A stretch of DNA of 64,000 nt, taken from positions 1,138 through 65,137 of the IMG/VR virus record IMGVR_UViG_3300043179_000079. One strand, written 5' to 3'. This stretch comes from a virus. The translations under genes and the position numbers were made by a program. The notes under the pieces were generated by a model. The model ran no database searches. It was given only the letters and a program-made list of their open reading frames with translations, and had not been told where the DNA came from. Shown piece after piece: positions 42,977 through 51,900 of this stretch; the stretch's first letter is position 1, and each line of letters starts with the position of its first letter.

Positions 42977-43312
42977 GTGAGCCAGACCGTCCGGTGCGCC
43001 GCCTGCCTGAGGCCCCTCCCCCGGGGCGACTTCCACCGCAACGCCGCCTCGAAGAACGGGGTCACCTCGCGCTGCCGTGGCTGCCGGCGGGAGGAGGACT
43101 ACTTCTCGAAGCGCTACCAGACGCGCTGCGGCCAGTGCGGGAGGAGCCGGCCCCTGGACCGCAACCGGTCGTGCCGGGCGTGCAACGAGGAGGCCGGCCT
43201 GCGCCAGTGCCGGGGGGCCTGCGGCGAGCTGCTGCCGATGTACCTGGAGTTCTACGCCGGCAAGGGCACCTGCAAGCGGTGCGCCAAGGCCGCTAGGCCA
43301 ACGTCGGGGTGA
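42977..43312 (+). CDS. multi-zinc-finger protein, nuclease-less paralog of 19985..20728
   Basis: C..CL...PR.DFH.N..S...C..CR...K.Y.T.C..C...C..C...GL+.CR.C...EFY...C..C.K shared. Confidence 0.75.
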   Translation: MSQTVRCAACLRPLPRGDFHRNAASKNGVTSRCRGCRREEDYFSKRYQTRCGQCGRSRPLDRNRSCRACNEEAGLRQCRGACGELLPMYLEFYAGKGTCKRCAKAARPTSG

Positions 43313-43655
43313 ACACCACCCGGACCATGACGACGTCCGACAGCGGGCCGGGGCCGGCGTAGTCGGACCCGTCCCCGTCCACCTCCTGCGAGGTCCAGAA
43401 GACGGTCTCGTCCAGGGTGTCGTCGTGGGCCCGCATCAGGTAGCTGACCTGGGGGGTCCCCCCGGTTGGCTGCGCCGCGTCGAAGGAGGAGGCCTGTCCG
43501 GCGACGAAGTCGCCGTCCCCCATGGCGTCCAGCTCGGAGGCGCCGGAGACGGTGCCCTGGCCCGCCGTGAAGTCGCCGTCCCCCATGGCGTCCAGCTCGG
43601 AGGCGCCGGAGACGGTGCCCTGGCCCGCCGTGAAGTCGCCGTCTACGTCGGCCAT
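43293..43655 (-). CDS. acidic repeat-containing protein
   Basis: 21-aa repeats DGDFTAGQGTVSGASELDAMG. Confidence 0.7.
   Translation of the reverse strand: MADVDGDFTAGQGTVSGASELDAMGDGDFTAGQGTVSGASELDAMGDGDFVAGQASSFDAAQPTGGTPQVSYLMRAHDDTLDETVFWTSQEVDGDGSDYAGPGPLSDVVMVRVVFTPTLA
43506..43643. repeat. 63-bp perfect tandem repeat, ~2.2 copies
   Basis: Units start at 43506, 43569 and 43632. Confidence 0.9.
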
Positions 43656-44653
43656 TAGGCGAACCTAGGAACGCCGTTGCCGGACGCCCAGGGGAGGATC
43701 AGGTGACCGAACTGGACCCAGCCGAGCGGGCTGCCGGCCGAGTCCTCCATGGTGGCATTGACCGGCCCGGCGGTCGGCCCGAGGTACATGTCGAACATGG
43801 TGCCCCACAGGCCCCGCAGGCTGGCGGTCTCCGACCAGACGCTGATGTCGTCGAAGGCGTACTCCTTCGACAGGTCGTTCTGGGCGAGGAGCTGCTCCCC
43901 GTTCGCCGAGGCGACGTAGCCCAGCGCGGCCATGAAGGCGGTCCCCGCCGTGCTGCCGTGCTTGAAGTTCAGGCTGGCGACGTCGTTCAGGTTGGCGTAG
44001 GTCCCGACCTGGGTGCCGGGCGCGTTGCTGCCGATGAAGAGCACCACCGCCTTCGTCCCCGACCACGCCGACAGGGCGTTCTGTACGCGGTCGAGGATCA
44101 GGATGGTCTGGGCCCCGTTCGAGCCGCAGAAGACGGCCCGCGTGCACTGGCCGTCCGTGGACTGCTGGACGTGCACCTGGACTGGCTGGTCGGCGTCGTT
44201 CCAAGTCCACTGGTAGATGCTCCTTACGACCACCTCGTCCGAGGCCGTGGGGCGGGCGGTCGCGGTGCCGTCGGCCCCCCCGTTGGCCGCCCCGAACCCG
44301 TTGACCGGGGAGTAGATGAAGGAGATATTAAAGGCACTGGAGCTGTTTAGGTCGATACAGACCTCGAACTTGGCCGCGACCCCCGTCTGGCGCAGGACGA
44401 TCCAGGAGTGGTTGCTGCCGGAGGCGGCCCAGACCAGGTCGGTCGATGCTAGCCACTTGTCCGACGCGCCGAACGAGCCGGCGCCCCCCTGTCCGTTGCA
44501 CGAGAACTGGACCGTCCAGGGCAGCGTCCCGAAGCCCGTTAGGGCGCCCTTGACCTGAAACCAGATCTTCTGCGCCCCGTTCAGCGTGGTCGTGCGGGTC
44601 GCGAGGAAGTTCGGGCTGTGCTGCCAGGTCTTTACGTATGCGGGTGCGGGCAT
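43655..44653 (-). CDS. putative virion fibre/appendage protein (paralog 1)
   Basis: Shares KTW, DLVWA..G..HSWIVLRQTG, TARPTA.DEVV, S.DGQCT with the next gene. Confidence 0.7.
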   Translation of the reverse strand: MPAPAYVKTWQHSPNFLATRTTTLNGAQKIWFQVKGALTGFGTLPWTVQFSCNGQGGAGSFGASDKWLASTDLVWAASGSNHSWIVLRQTGVAAKFEVCIDLNSSSAFNISFIYSPVNGFGAANGGADGTATARPTASDEVVVRSIYQWTWNDADQPVQVHVQQSTDGQCTRAVFCGSNGAQTILILDRVQNALSAWSGTKAVVLFIGSNAPGTQVGTYANLNDVASLNFKHGSTAGTAFMAALGYVASANGEQLLAQNDLSKEYAFDDISVWSETASLRGLWGTMFDMYLGPTAGPVNATMEDSAGSPLGWVQFGHLILPWASGNGVPRFA

Positions 44654-44670
44654 TTAATTCTTCTCCGTCC

Positions 44671-45654
44671 TTAGGTCGCCATGGTCGAGGCGCCGTCCCA
44701 CGGGACCCACAGGTCCCCGATGAACGTCCATTCACGGGTCGTGCCGGTCAGGTTGGCCTGCGTCCCCTTGGCGAGGCCCTTGTCACCGAAGTACAGGTCG
44801 AATGGCTCGCCCATCTTGCCGCGCACCGGCGCGGTTGAGGACACGAAGACGATCGGCGCAAAGTTCCTCAGCAGGCTAACGTCGTGCGCCACCTGGCCGG
44901 CCGATCTCTCCCCCACGGAGGAGGTAACCACCATCGGAGTGCCCATGTAAAGTGAGGCCACGGTCCCGTTGATGAGGGCTCTGCCGAGAGCGACATCGTT
45001 CCAGTCCTCGAAGCGGGCCGCGGAGACTGAGGTAGATCCAGAGGCCTTCCATCCGAATACCGACTTGGGCGTACTCCACTGGCTGAGGGGGTTCCTCGGC
45101 TTCCCGAAGAAGGCGAACGTGCCGGCGTTGAGGTTGTTCGTGATGATGATCTTGGTGCACTGGCCGTCGCTGCTGGTCATGACGTGGACGCGACGAGAGC
45201 CCTCTATCGAGTCTCCCCACGGGGCGGTAGTGAGGAGCACTACCTCGTCCGTGGCCGTCGGGCGGGCCGTCGTACTGCCGCCGGCAAAACCGGCGGAGGG
45301 AGACACCGCGACGGTCATGTTGATGCCGCTCCCGGCGCCGGAGGTGAGGTCGAGGCACAGCTCGAAGTTGGTATCGATCCCCGTCTGGCGCAGGACGATC
45401 CAGGAGTGGGCGGTCCCGACGTTGGCCCAGACCAGGTCGGTGTTGGTGTCCCACCGGTCCACGGCGTCCATGCCCGAGGCGACGCTGTCGGACGACCCCC
45501 GCACCGTCCACGGAAGCGTAAAGGAGGGGTCGTCGATCAGTGCGTTCTTCAGCGCGAAGACGGTGTCCCGGTTCGTATTCAGGAGGGTTCCTGTTGCAGG
45601 AACCGAGATGTTCACGTCGAACTCCCAGGTCTTGACTTTTGCGGGCAGGCCCAT
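44671..45654 (-). CDS. putative virion fibre/appendage protein (paralog 2)
   Basis: As above; C-terminal part lower in GC. Confidence 0.7.
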   Translation of the reverse strand: MGLPAKVKTWEFDVNISVPATGTLLNTNRDTVFALKNALIDDPSFTLPWTVRGSSDSVASGMDAVDRWDTNTDLVWANVGTAHSWIVLRQTGIDTNFELCLDLTSGAGSGINMTVAVSPSAGFAGGSTTARPTATDEVVLLTTAPWGDSIEGSRRVHVMTSSDGQCTKIIITNNLNAGTFAFFGKPRNPLSQWSTPKSVFGWKASGSTSVSAARFEDWNDVALGRALINGTVASLYMGTPMVVTSSVGERSAGQVAHDVSLLRNFAPIVFVSSTAPVRGKMGEPFDLYFGDKGLAKGTQANLTGTTREWTFIGDLWVPWDGASTMAT

Positions 45655-45664
45655 GGTTTACCTC

Positions 45665-47056
45665 TTAGGAGATTACGTTCTTGGCAAAGAGCCTGGTCGA
45701 GTAGATCTCGATGGTGTCGTCCGGGTTGGCGGTGGAATCGACGCTGATCCTCAGCTCGTACAGCCGCGACCCGGAGGTCAGGCTGAACTCGACCGTGGTC
45801 TCGGCGGTGGCCGTGCCGGTGACGTTGAACGTGGTGACGTCCGTGCTGTCGGTGACGTTGCGCAGCGTCACGGTGCCGGTCACGGTGCCGTTCCCGGCGG
45901 CGTGGACCACCTTCAGGACGAAGGTCTTGGTGCCCCCGGTCACGGTGAAGTCATCTGGGTTGATGAAGACGCCCCACGTCACCTTGGGGGTGGTGTCGTC
46001 GTGGCTGTCCCGTCCGTCGGACATGACCGACCAGTAGAAGGTATCTCCGGAGAACGGGTTACCGGTGCTGACGGCGACCCAGGTGCCGTCGGCCTTGAGG
46101 AACTTGCCGGCGGCGGCGTCACCCGCAGCCGGGGCGGGCACGAGGCCGCGGACACCCCCGGCGCCCGAGTCGCCCACCATGTTCGAGACGTCGAAGGTGC
46201 GGTCGGCCGAGAGGTCCCCTCCCCCCGTCATGGGGGACGTGGTGTTGATGGCGCGCGTCGAGGGGGGCACGCCCAGGTTCGTGCGGGCCGTCGTCGTGTT
46301 GTTCAGGTCCGACAGGTTGTTCGCCGCCACCAGGGCCCCGACCACCGAGGCGAATCCCGCGAAGACGATGGAGGTCACCCCGATGGTGATGGAGTCGTTC
46401 GTGCAGACGAAGGCCTTGTCGGCGTTGATGGTGCCGCTCTGCACGAAGACGGCCGATGACACCAGCTCTGTCCCAGAGTCGGCGTCGGTCGCCCTGGCGG
46501 GGGCTCCGGACGCCGCCACCACGTAGATGCCGTTCTCGGTGCCGTCCACCTGGTCCTTGACCAGGATGCGGTCCCCGGTGGCCAGCGCGGCCCCGTCCAG
46601 CGTGTCCCCGTCCTCGAAGTCGGTGGCCAGGGTCCCCGCCGCCGTCGTAGCCGCCCTGACCGAGGTCTTCCACTTGAGGCCCGCGACGAGGGCGTCCACG
46701 TAGGCCTTAGAGGGGACGTCCGTGCCGACCAGCACCCCGAGGGTGGCCTGGGCGGTGGCCTGGTCCGGGTCGTCCAGGAGGGTGCGCGCGAAGGCCGTGA
46801 AGTCCGTCAGAGCAGCAGTCCCTACTCCCGTGAAGTAGGGCAGCTTGTTGGCGGCGCTGGACAGGCCCGCAAGGGCCGCAAGCTCGGGGTCCAGCAGGCT
46901 GCTCGGGTCCGCGTAGGCGAGACCGAGGACCGAGCCGGAGTCTACGACAATGACGTACCCGTCGGGCGCGAGGCCGAGGGACAGAACCGCCTGCTCCGTC
47001 CCGTCGTGGGACAGGAGGTCGCCTTTCTGTACCGGTACCGCTCTTAGCTCGGCCAT
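45665..47056 (-). CDS. fibre-like structural protein
   Basis: K.YVD..V.GL.WK.SVRAATTA...GDRILVKDQ....ENGIYV...RATD module typical of phage fibres. Confidence 0.8.
   Translation of the reverse strand: MAELRAVPVQKGDLLSHDGTEQAVLSLGLAPDGYVIVVDSGSVLGLAYADPSSLLDPELAALAGLSSAANKLPYFTGVGTAALTDFTAFARTLLDDPDQATAQATLGVLVGTDVPSKAYVDALVAGLKWKTSVRAATTAAGTLATDFEDGDTLDGAALATGDRILVKDQVDGTENGIYVVAASGAPARATDADSGTELVSSAVFVQSGTINADKAFVCTNDSITIGVTSIVFAGFASVVGALVAANNLSDLNNTTTARTNLGVPPSTRAINTTSPMTGGGDLSADRTFDVSNMVGDSGAGGVRGLVPAPAAGDAAAGKFLKADGTWVAVSTGNPFSGDTFYWSVMSDGRDSHDDTTPKVTWGVFINPDDFTVTGGTKTFVLKVVHAAGNGTVTGTVTLRNVTDSTDVTTFNVTGTATAETTVEFSLTSGSRLYELRISVDSTANPDDTIEIYSTRLFAKNVIS
45669..45675 (-). promoter_or_regulatory. 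possible late-promoter box TAATCTC
   Basis: Immediately upstream of SD of 45654. Confidence 0.45.
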
Positions 47057-47058
47057 GG

Positions 47059-48954
47059 CTACACGCCGCCGTCCGAAATCGCCGACAGAAGCTCCGGGTG
47101 CAGCACCACACGCCCCATGGAGCCGTTCGCCATCACGATCCTGCCTAGACGCTGCTTATGCACCGTACCATCGTAGGTCGGGGCGGAGGTCCTGGCCTGA
47201 CCGGCAGTCGCCTCCGAGAGGTAGGCAATGCCACCCAGTACCGGCGGGCTCGAAAAGTTGACCCACGCGACCTGGCCGACCGGCGCCATGTAGCCGTACC
47301 CGTCGTCGGCGGCGGGGGTCACCATGACCCCCACGACCTTGGCGTTGGCCTCGACGTCGGCCTGCGCCTTCACGACCTCGCCCGTCAGGTACTCGTTGGA
47401 GCGCACCAGGTCACCGACCGTGCACGCGCTGCCGCTCTTGTTCAGGACCTGCACGCACTGCCCGACGTACACCTTGTCGGTGGCGCCGACGTTGTTGCCA
47501 CCGGTATCGACCACGTTGGTGACCTCGAAGGACGCGTGCGTGGTGATGGCGCTGCCGACCATCTCGAACTCGCCGAGGGCTCCGGACACCGTGTTCGGCA
47601 GGACGTTCCCGAGGACGATGGTCGATAGCTGGGTCCCGTTGCTCCCCATGCTGATGCCGTACCCGGTGTTGCCGGTCGTGCCGGTCAGGCCGCTGATGCC
47701 GAGGCGTACCCCGACGCCGGCTATGTTCAGGCAGTTGCCGACCACGTTCTCGAACTGCGCCGAGATGATGTTTCCGTCGGAGTGCCTCCACTCCAGGTGC
47801 GACCCGTCGAACCGCACGGGGCGCTGGGTAGAGCCGGCGGGGGTCCCGAATATGCTGCCGCTCGACCCGGACGATCGGCTGCTCCGGCCGCAGTCGATCA
47901 TGAAGACCTGGGCGCCCCCGTGCCAGGCGCTGCCGCGGCGCCCTATCTGGTAGGCGTAGACCTGCGAGAACTGGCTGGGGGACGACGAGAAGAAGCCGGA
48001 CGCGGAGACCAGCACGCTCACGAGGTTGTTCCACACTCCGCGCGAGTTGGAGCGAAGCCCCGTCCCGGTGATGCGGCTGGCGCCCCCCTCGTCGATGTAG
48101 CTCCTCTCCAGGGAGAGCGTCGAGACCGAGTCGTACATGAGCAGGCCGGCGTTGACGATCGAGCTGGTGATCTCGCAGAACGACAGCGTGACCCCGGCGG
48201 TGGCGGCGGACACCAGGATGGCGTCGGTCGTCGTCTCCACGGCGGCTACGCCGACGATGGCCCAGCGCCCGATGGGCGTGACCTGGCGCGGCGAGGAGAC
48301 CGTGTTCGAGTACAGGATCCGGCGCACGCGGACCGCCGGCTCCTCGATCACGAAGGTGTCTCCGGCCGCCGGGGCGGCGGACAGGTCGTTTCCGAGGGTG
48401 ATCGACGTCCCGGTGTTGGACCAGACGTTGGAGCTCGCGTTCGCGAGGGCGCCGCTGGTGAACCGGAGGCGCTTCTGCAGCACGGCCGGCTCCGCCGGGA
48501 GCGTCCCGGAGGCGATCTCGAAGGTGTTGGCGGTGGGGGCGGGCGCGGCAGCCACCGTGTAGGGGCCCGAGACCGTCTGTCCGGCGCACGTCAGCTTGTC
48601 GGCGGTCGTGTTGGTGAAGTCGGTCGCCCGGACCAAGCCCACGCCGTACCCCACGAGGCCGGTGAGGTCGAGGTCGTCGATCGTGATCCCGTCCGGCTTG
48701 AGGTAGTTCGCCCCGGCGGCGCGCGGCTTGATGCCGATCATCACGATCCGGCCGTTGCCGACCGGTGGGAGGATCTCCCGCAGCCGGGTCAGGGTCTTTA
48801 GGGCCACCGCCCCGGCGGCCGCCAGGCTGACGTCGGAGTACCCGACGTTGGAGTCGTCGCCGGAGTCGTAGTCCACGGCGTAGTAACGCGCAGCGCCTAC
48901 GGCCCAGCTTGCGACCCTGGACAGGGGAGGGGAGGGGACGTACGAGTTGTTCAT
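47059..48954 (-). CDS. fibre/spike-like structural protein
   Basis: 631 aa, Gly/Ser/Thr-rich, beta-solenoid-like middle; late box upstream. Confidence 0.7.
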   Translation of the reverse strand: MNNSYVPSPPLSRVASWAVGAARYYAVDYDSGDDSNVGYSDVSLAAAGAVALKTLTRLREILPPVGNGRIVMIGIKPRAAGANYLKPDGITIDDLDLTGLVGYGVGLVRATDFTNTTADKLTCAGQTVSGPYTVAAAPAPTANTFEIASGTLPAEPAVLQKRLRFTSGALANASSNVWSNTGTSITLGNDLSAAPAAGDTFVIEEPAVRVRRILYSNTVSSPRQVTPIGRWAIVGVAAVETTTDAILVSAATAGVTLSFCEITSSIVNAGLLMYDSVSTLSLERSYIDEGGASRITGTGLRSNSRGVWNNLVSVLVSASGFFSSSPSQFSQVYAYQIGRRGSAWHGGAQVFMIDCGRSSRSSGSSGSIFGTPAGSTQRPVRFDGSHLEWRHSDGNIISAQFENVVGNCLNIAGVGVRLGISGLTGTTGNTGYGISMGSNGTQLSTIVLGNVLPNTVSGALGEFEMVGSAITTHASFEVTNVVDTGGNNVGATDKVYVGQCVQVLNKSGSACTVGDLVRSNEYLTGEVVKAQADVEANAKVVGVMVTPAADDGYGYMAPVGQVAWVNFSSPPVLGGIAYLSEATAGQARTSAPTYDGTVHKQRLGRIVMANGSMGRVVLHPELLSAISDGGV

Positions 48955-48967
48955 CTCCTGCCCGGCT

Positions 48968-48974
48968 AAGATTG
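48968..48974 (-). promoter_or_regulatory. candidate late-promoter box CAATCTT
   Basis: Upstream of AGGAG SD of 48954. Confidence 0.6.
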
Positions 48975-48996
48975 CGCGGGGGCGGGGGGTATGATA

Positions 48997-51900
48997 TTAT
49001 GCCGCGGTCGGGGGGGCTGGCGCCGGGGGTGCCTCGTGGTGCAGGGCGATGGGGCCCTCCCGTCCGGGGACCGCCGAGTGGGCGAGCATCGGGGTCTGCC
49101 CCACCGCGTGGGCGCGCTGCCCGCCCGGGGTCAGCTTCTGCCTCTTGGCCTCGTACAGGGCGCGGTCGGCGTGCTCGGGGGAGTGGCCCAGGCCGATCGA
49201 CATCGACAGCTTGTGGGTCCCCCCGATCGGCGGCAGGGCGTCCATCTTGTCGCGGAGGGCGTGCACGAACCGGAGGGCGTGCTCGTAGGACGGCACGTGC
49301 GCCACGAACTCGTCCCCGCCGTTCCGGTAGAGGTCCTGGAGGTCCGGGTCCCGGAACAGCTTGCCGTGCCCCCGGCCGACCGACTCGTCCATGGCCTCCC
49401 GAGAGGCGCGCCCGAAGGCCTCGATGGCCTGGTCCCCGGCGTCGTGGCCGTGCTGGTTGTTGATGCTGGAGAAGTCGTTTCCGTCCATCGAGATGTAGAC
49501 GCCGGGCCTGCGGCGCGCCCGGAACTCGCTGAAGGCGTACTTGTTCCCGAGGCCGGGGGCCATCTTGTCCTCGTAGATGTGCCGCGTCAAGGCCCGCTCG
49601 ACGTCCGGGTGGACGTGGCCGGCCTGCACCGCCGCGCGGATGTGCTGCAGGGCGGTGTCCGGGCCCATCCTCTCCCCCTCCCCCTTGGACAGGCCGCGCG
49701 CCGGCCTAAGGGTGGCGGCGCCCGTCCGGGCGTTGCGCGCCATCAAGCGGACCAGGCTGGGGGGCACCGGCGACCCGTTCAGGTAGGCCGCGTCCCCGGA
49801 CACCTCCAGGGTGGCGGGGGCGGACATCCCGGCCCGCTGGTACTCGTACACCTCGACGCCGCCCTCGGCGGGCGCCTGGGCGCCCGCCGGTGCCGCCGGC
49901 TGCCGCGGCGCGTCCGCCCGCTCGCCGCCGGCCTCGACCTCGTCGCGCGGGTAGTCGTGGTCGTGCTGGACCCGCAGGTGGGGGCTCGCCTCCAGGCTGT
50001 GCATCATGGCCACCGCCCGCTCGTCCGCCGGCCCCTCGGGCAGGAGGCGCGACAGGACGCCGTGGTAGTCCTCCAGGTGGCGGACCGATCCGTCGTGGAC
50101 CATGTACCTCCCGACCCTGACGGCGCCGCCGTCGTGGAGGGCGTGCACCTCCCTGACGCTCGGCCCGCCGTGGTACAGCGCCTCCCCGGCCCCCTCCGAG
50201 GGCAGGGCCGCCAGGTGTGAGCGCAGCTCGGCCGTCAGGCGCTCCAGCCGGGGGGCCGAGCCGGCCATCATGGCGGTGGCCTGTCTCCCGGCGGTGCGCC
50301 TCTCCGCGTGGTCCAGCAGGCGGGGGGCCAGGAAGGCGTGGTACAGCATGGACGCCGGGACCTCCCCGAAGGCCTCCGCGTACCGGCGGTGCACCAGGGC
50401 GGTGCGCAGCGGCAGGTCCGAGTGGGCCTCCGGGACGGGCTCCCCCTTGGCCATGAAGGGGTCGATCGCCTCCCAGTAGGGGGCGTGGGTGGTCAGCTCG
50501 TTGGCCGCCAGGCCGCCTGGCATGTTGCGGAGGCGCTCGTGCGGGGCGATGGCCATCCAGTGCCGCCAGAAGGCGGGGAAGATGGCGTCCTCCCGGGTCG
50601 CGAAGTGCTTCCCCCATACCGGGTGCTCCACCATGTGCTGCACCGCCGGGTGGTTCTTGGAGTACCACCGGTCGATGGAGTCGAGCAGGTGGGTGTGCCG
50701 CGGGTCCCACAGCAGGTTCTTCACGTACTCGATGGTGTCCGAGTCCCGGCGGATACGGAGGCCGAACAGGTGGCGCAGGAAGTGGGTGTCCGGCACCGTG
50801 ACGTTGCCGCCGCCCATCATGCCCCAGGCGTAGCGCGAGGTCTTGGGGGCCAGGCCGTGCGGGTGGATGCCCTCGTACCGGCCCGGGTCCGGCTTGCCCT
50901 TGCCGGCAGCGACCTTGCGGCGCAGCTCGCTCCGGACGCTCTCGATCTTGTGCCGCATCAGCTCGCCGACCGCCGACCGGGCGTCGGCGCCGTGCCTGTT
51001 GGCCAGCTCGACCATCTGGTCGTGCATCTGGTGGTAGCGCAGGATGTTGACGCCCTTCTCTTTGGCCATGGCGTACCGCTGCAGGACGCCCGCCTGTGTG
51101 TGAGCGCCGGGGTTTGCAATAAAGTGCGACCGAGCGTGCTCGGGGTACTCGTCGGGCCGGTTGAGCTGCTTCCAGTGCTGGATGGCGGGCTCGAAGCCGG
51201 GCTTGCTGGGGTCGTGCCCGGTGTGGGCCATGGCGTCCACCAGCTTGGAGTACATCAGCTCCTGGATCGGGACCGGGGTGTTGGGGCTCAGCTCCGAGAA
51301 CAGGACGCTGTGCATCACGACCTCGGACGGCAGCCTCCTCTGCCTCAGGAGGTCGTGCGTCCGCACCCACCCGTGCATGGCGCGTCCGTGCGCTTCCTCG
51401 ATTTTCGGGTCGGACAGGATCTTCTTGAAGTGCTCGTCGGTGCCGTCGTGCGCCGGCAGGTAGAGGCGGAGGTCGCCCCGGGGCGTCCGCATGACCCCGG
51501 AGGTCTCGTCCACGAACGGGCGGGCCAGCTTGGGGTTCTCCTTGATCGGGGCCCCCTGCACGGTGAGGCCCGCGGGCTTGACCGACACCCCCGGCAGGGT
51601 CTGCTGGCGGGCCGCCTTGGGCTTCGCCTGCTCCCTGGCCGGCTTGGGCAGGGCCATGGGCCGACGAGCCTCCGTCTTCTTCTGGAGGGCGCCCCCCTGG
51701 ACCAGCGAGCCCGGGGACGAGGCCCCGTAGCCGGCCTCCAGGGCCTTGCTCAGCTCGGCGGGAAGCTCGGGGTCGGCCGACACCTCGACCGAGCCGGCCA
51801 GGCGGGAGGCCTCCCGCTTCTCCGTCCGCTTGCCGTCCTCGACCACCCCGCTCAGGCAGGTGCGGTTGGCCGGGCGCACGGTGGCGGCCACGGCCCGGGC

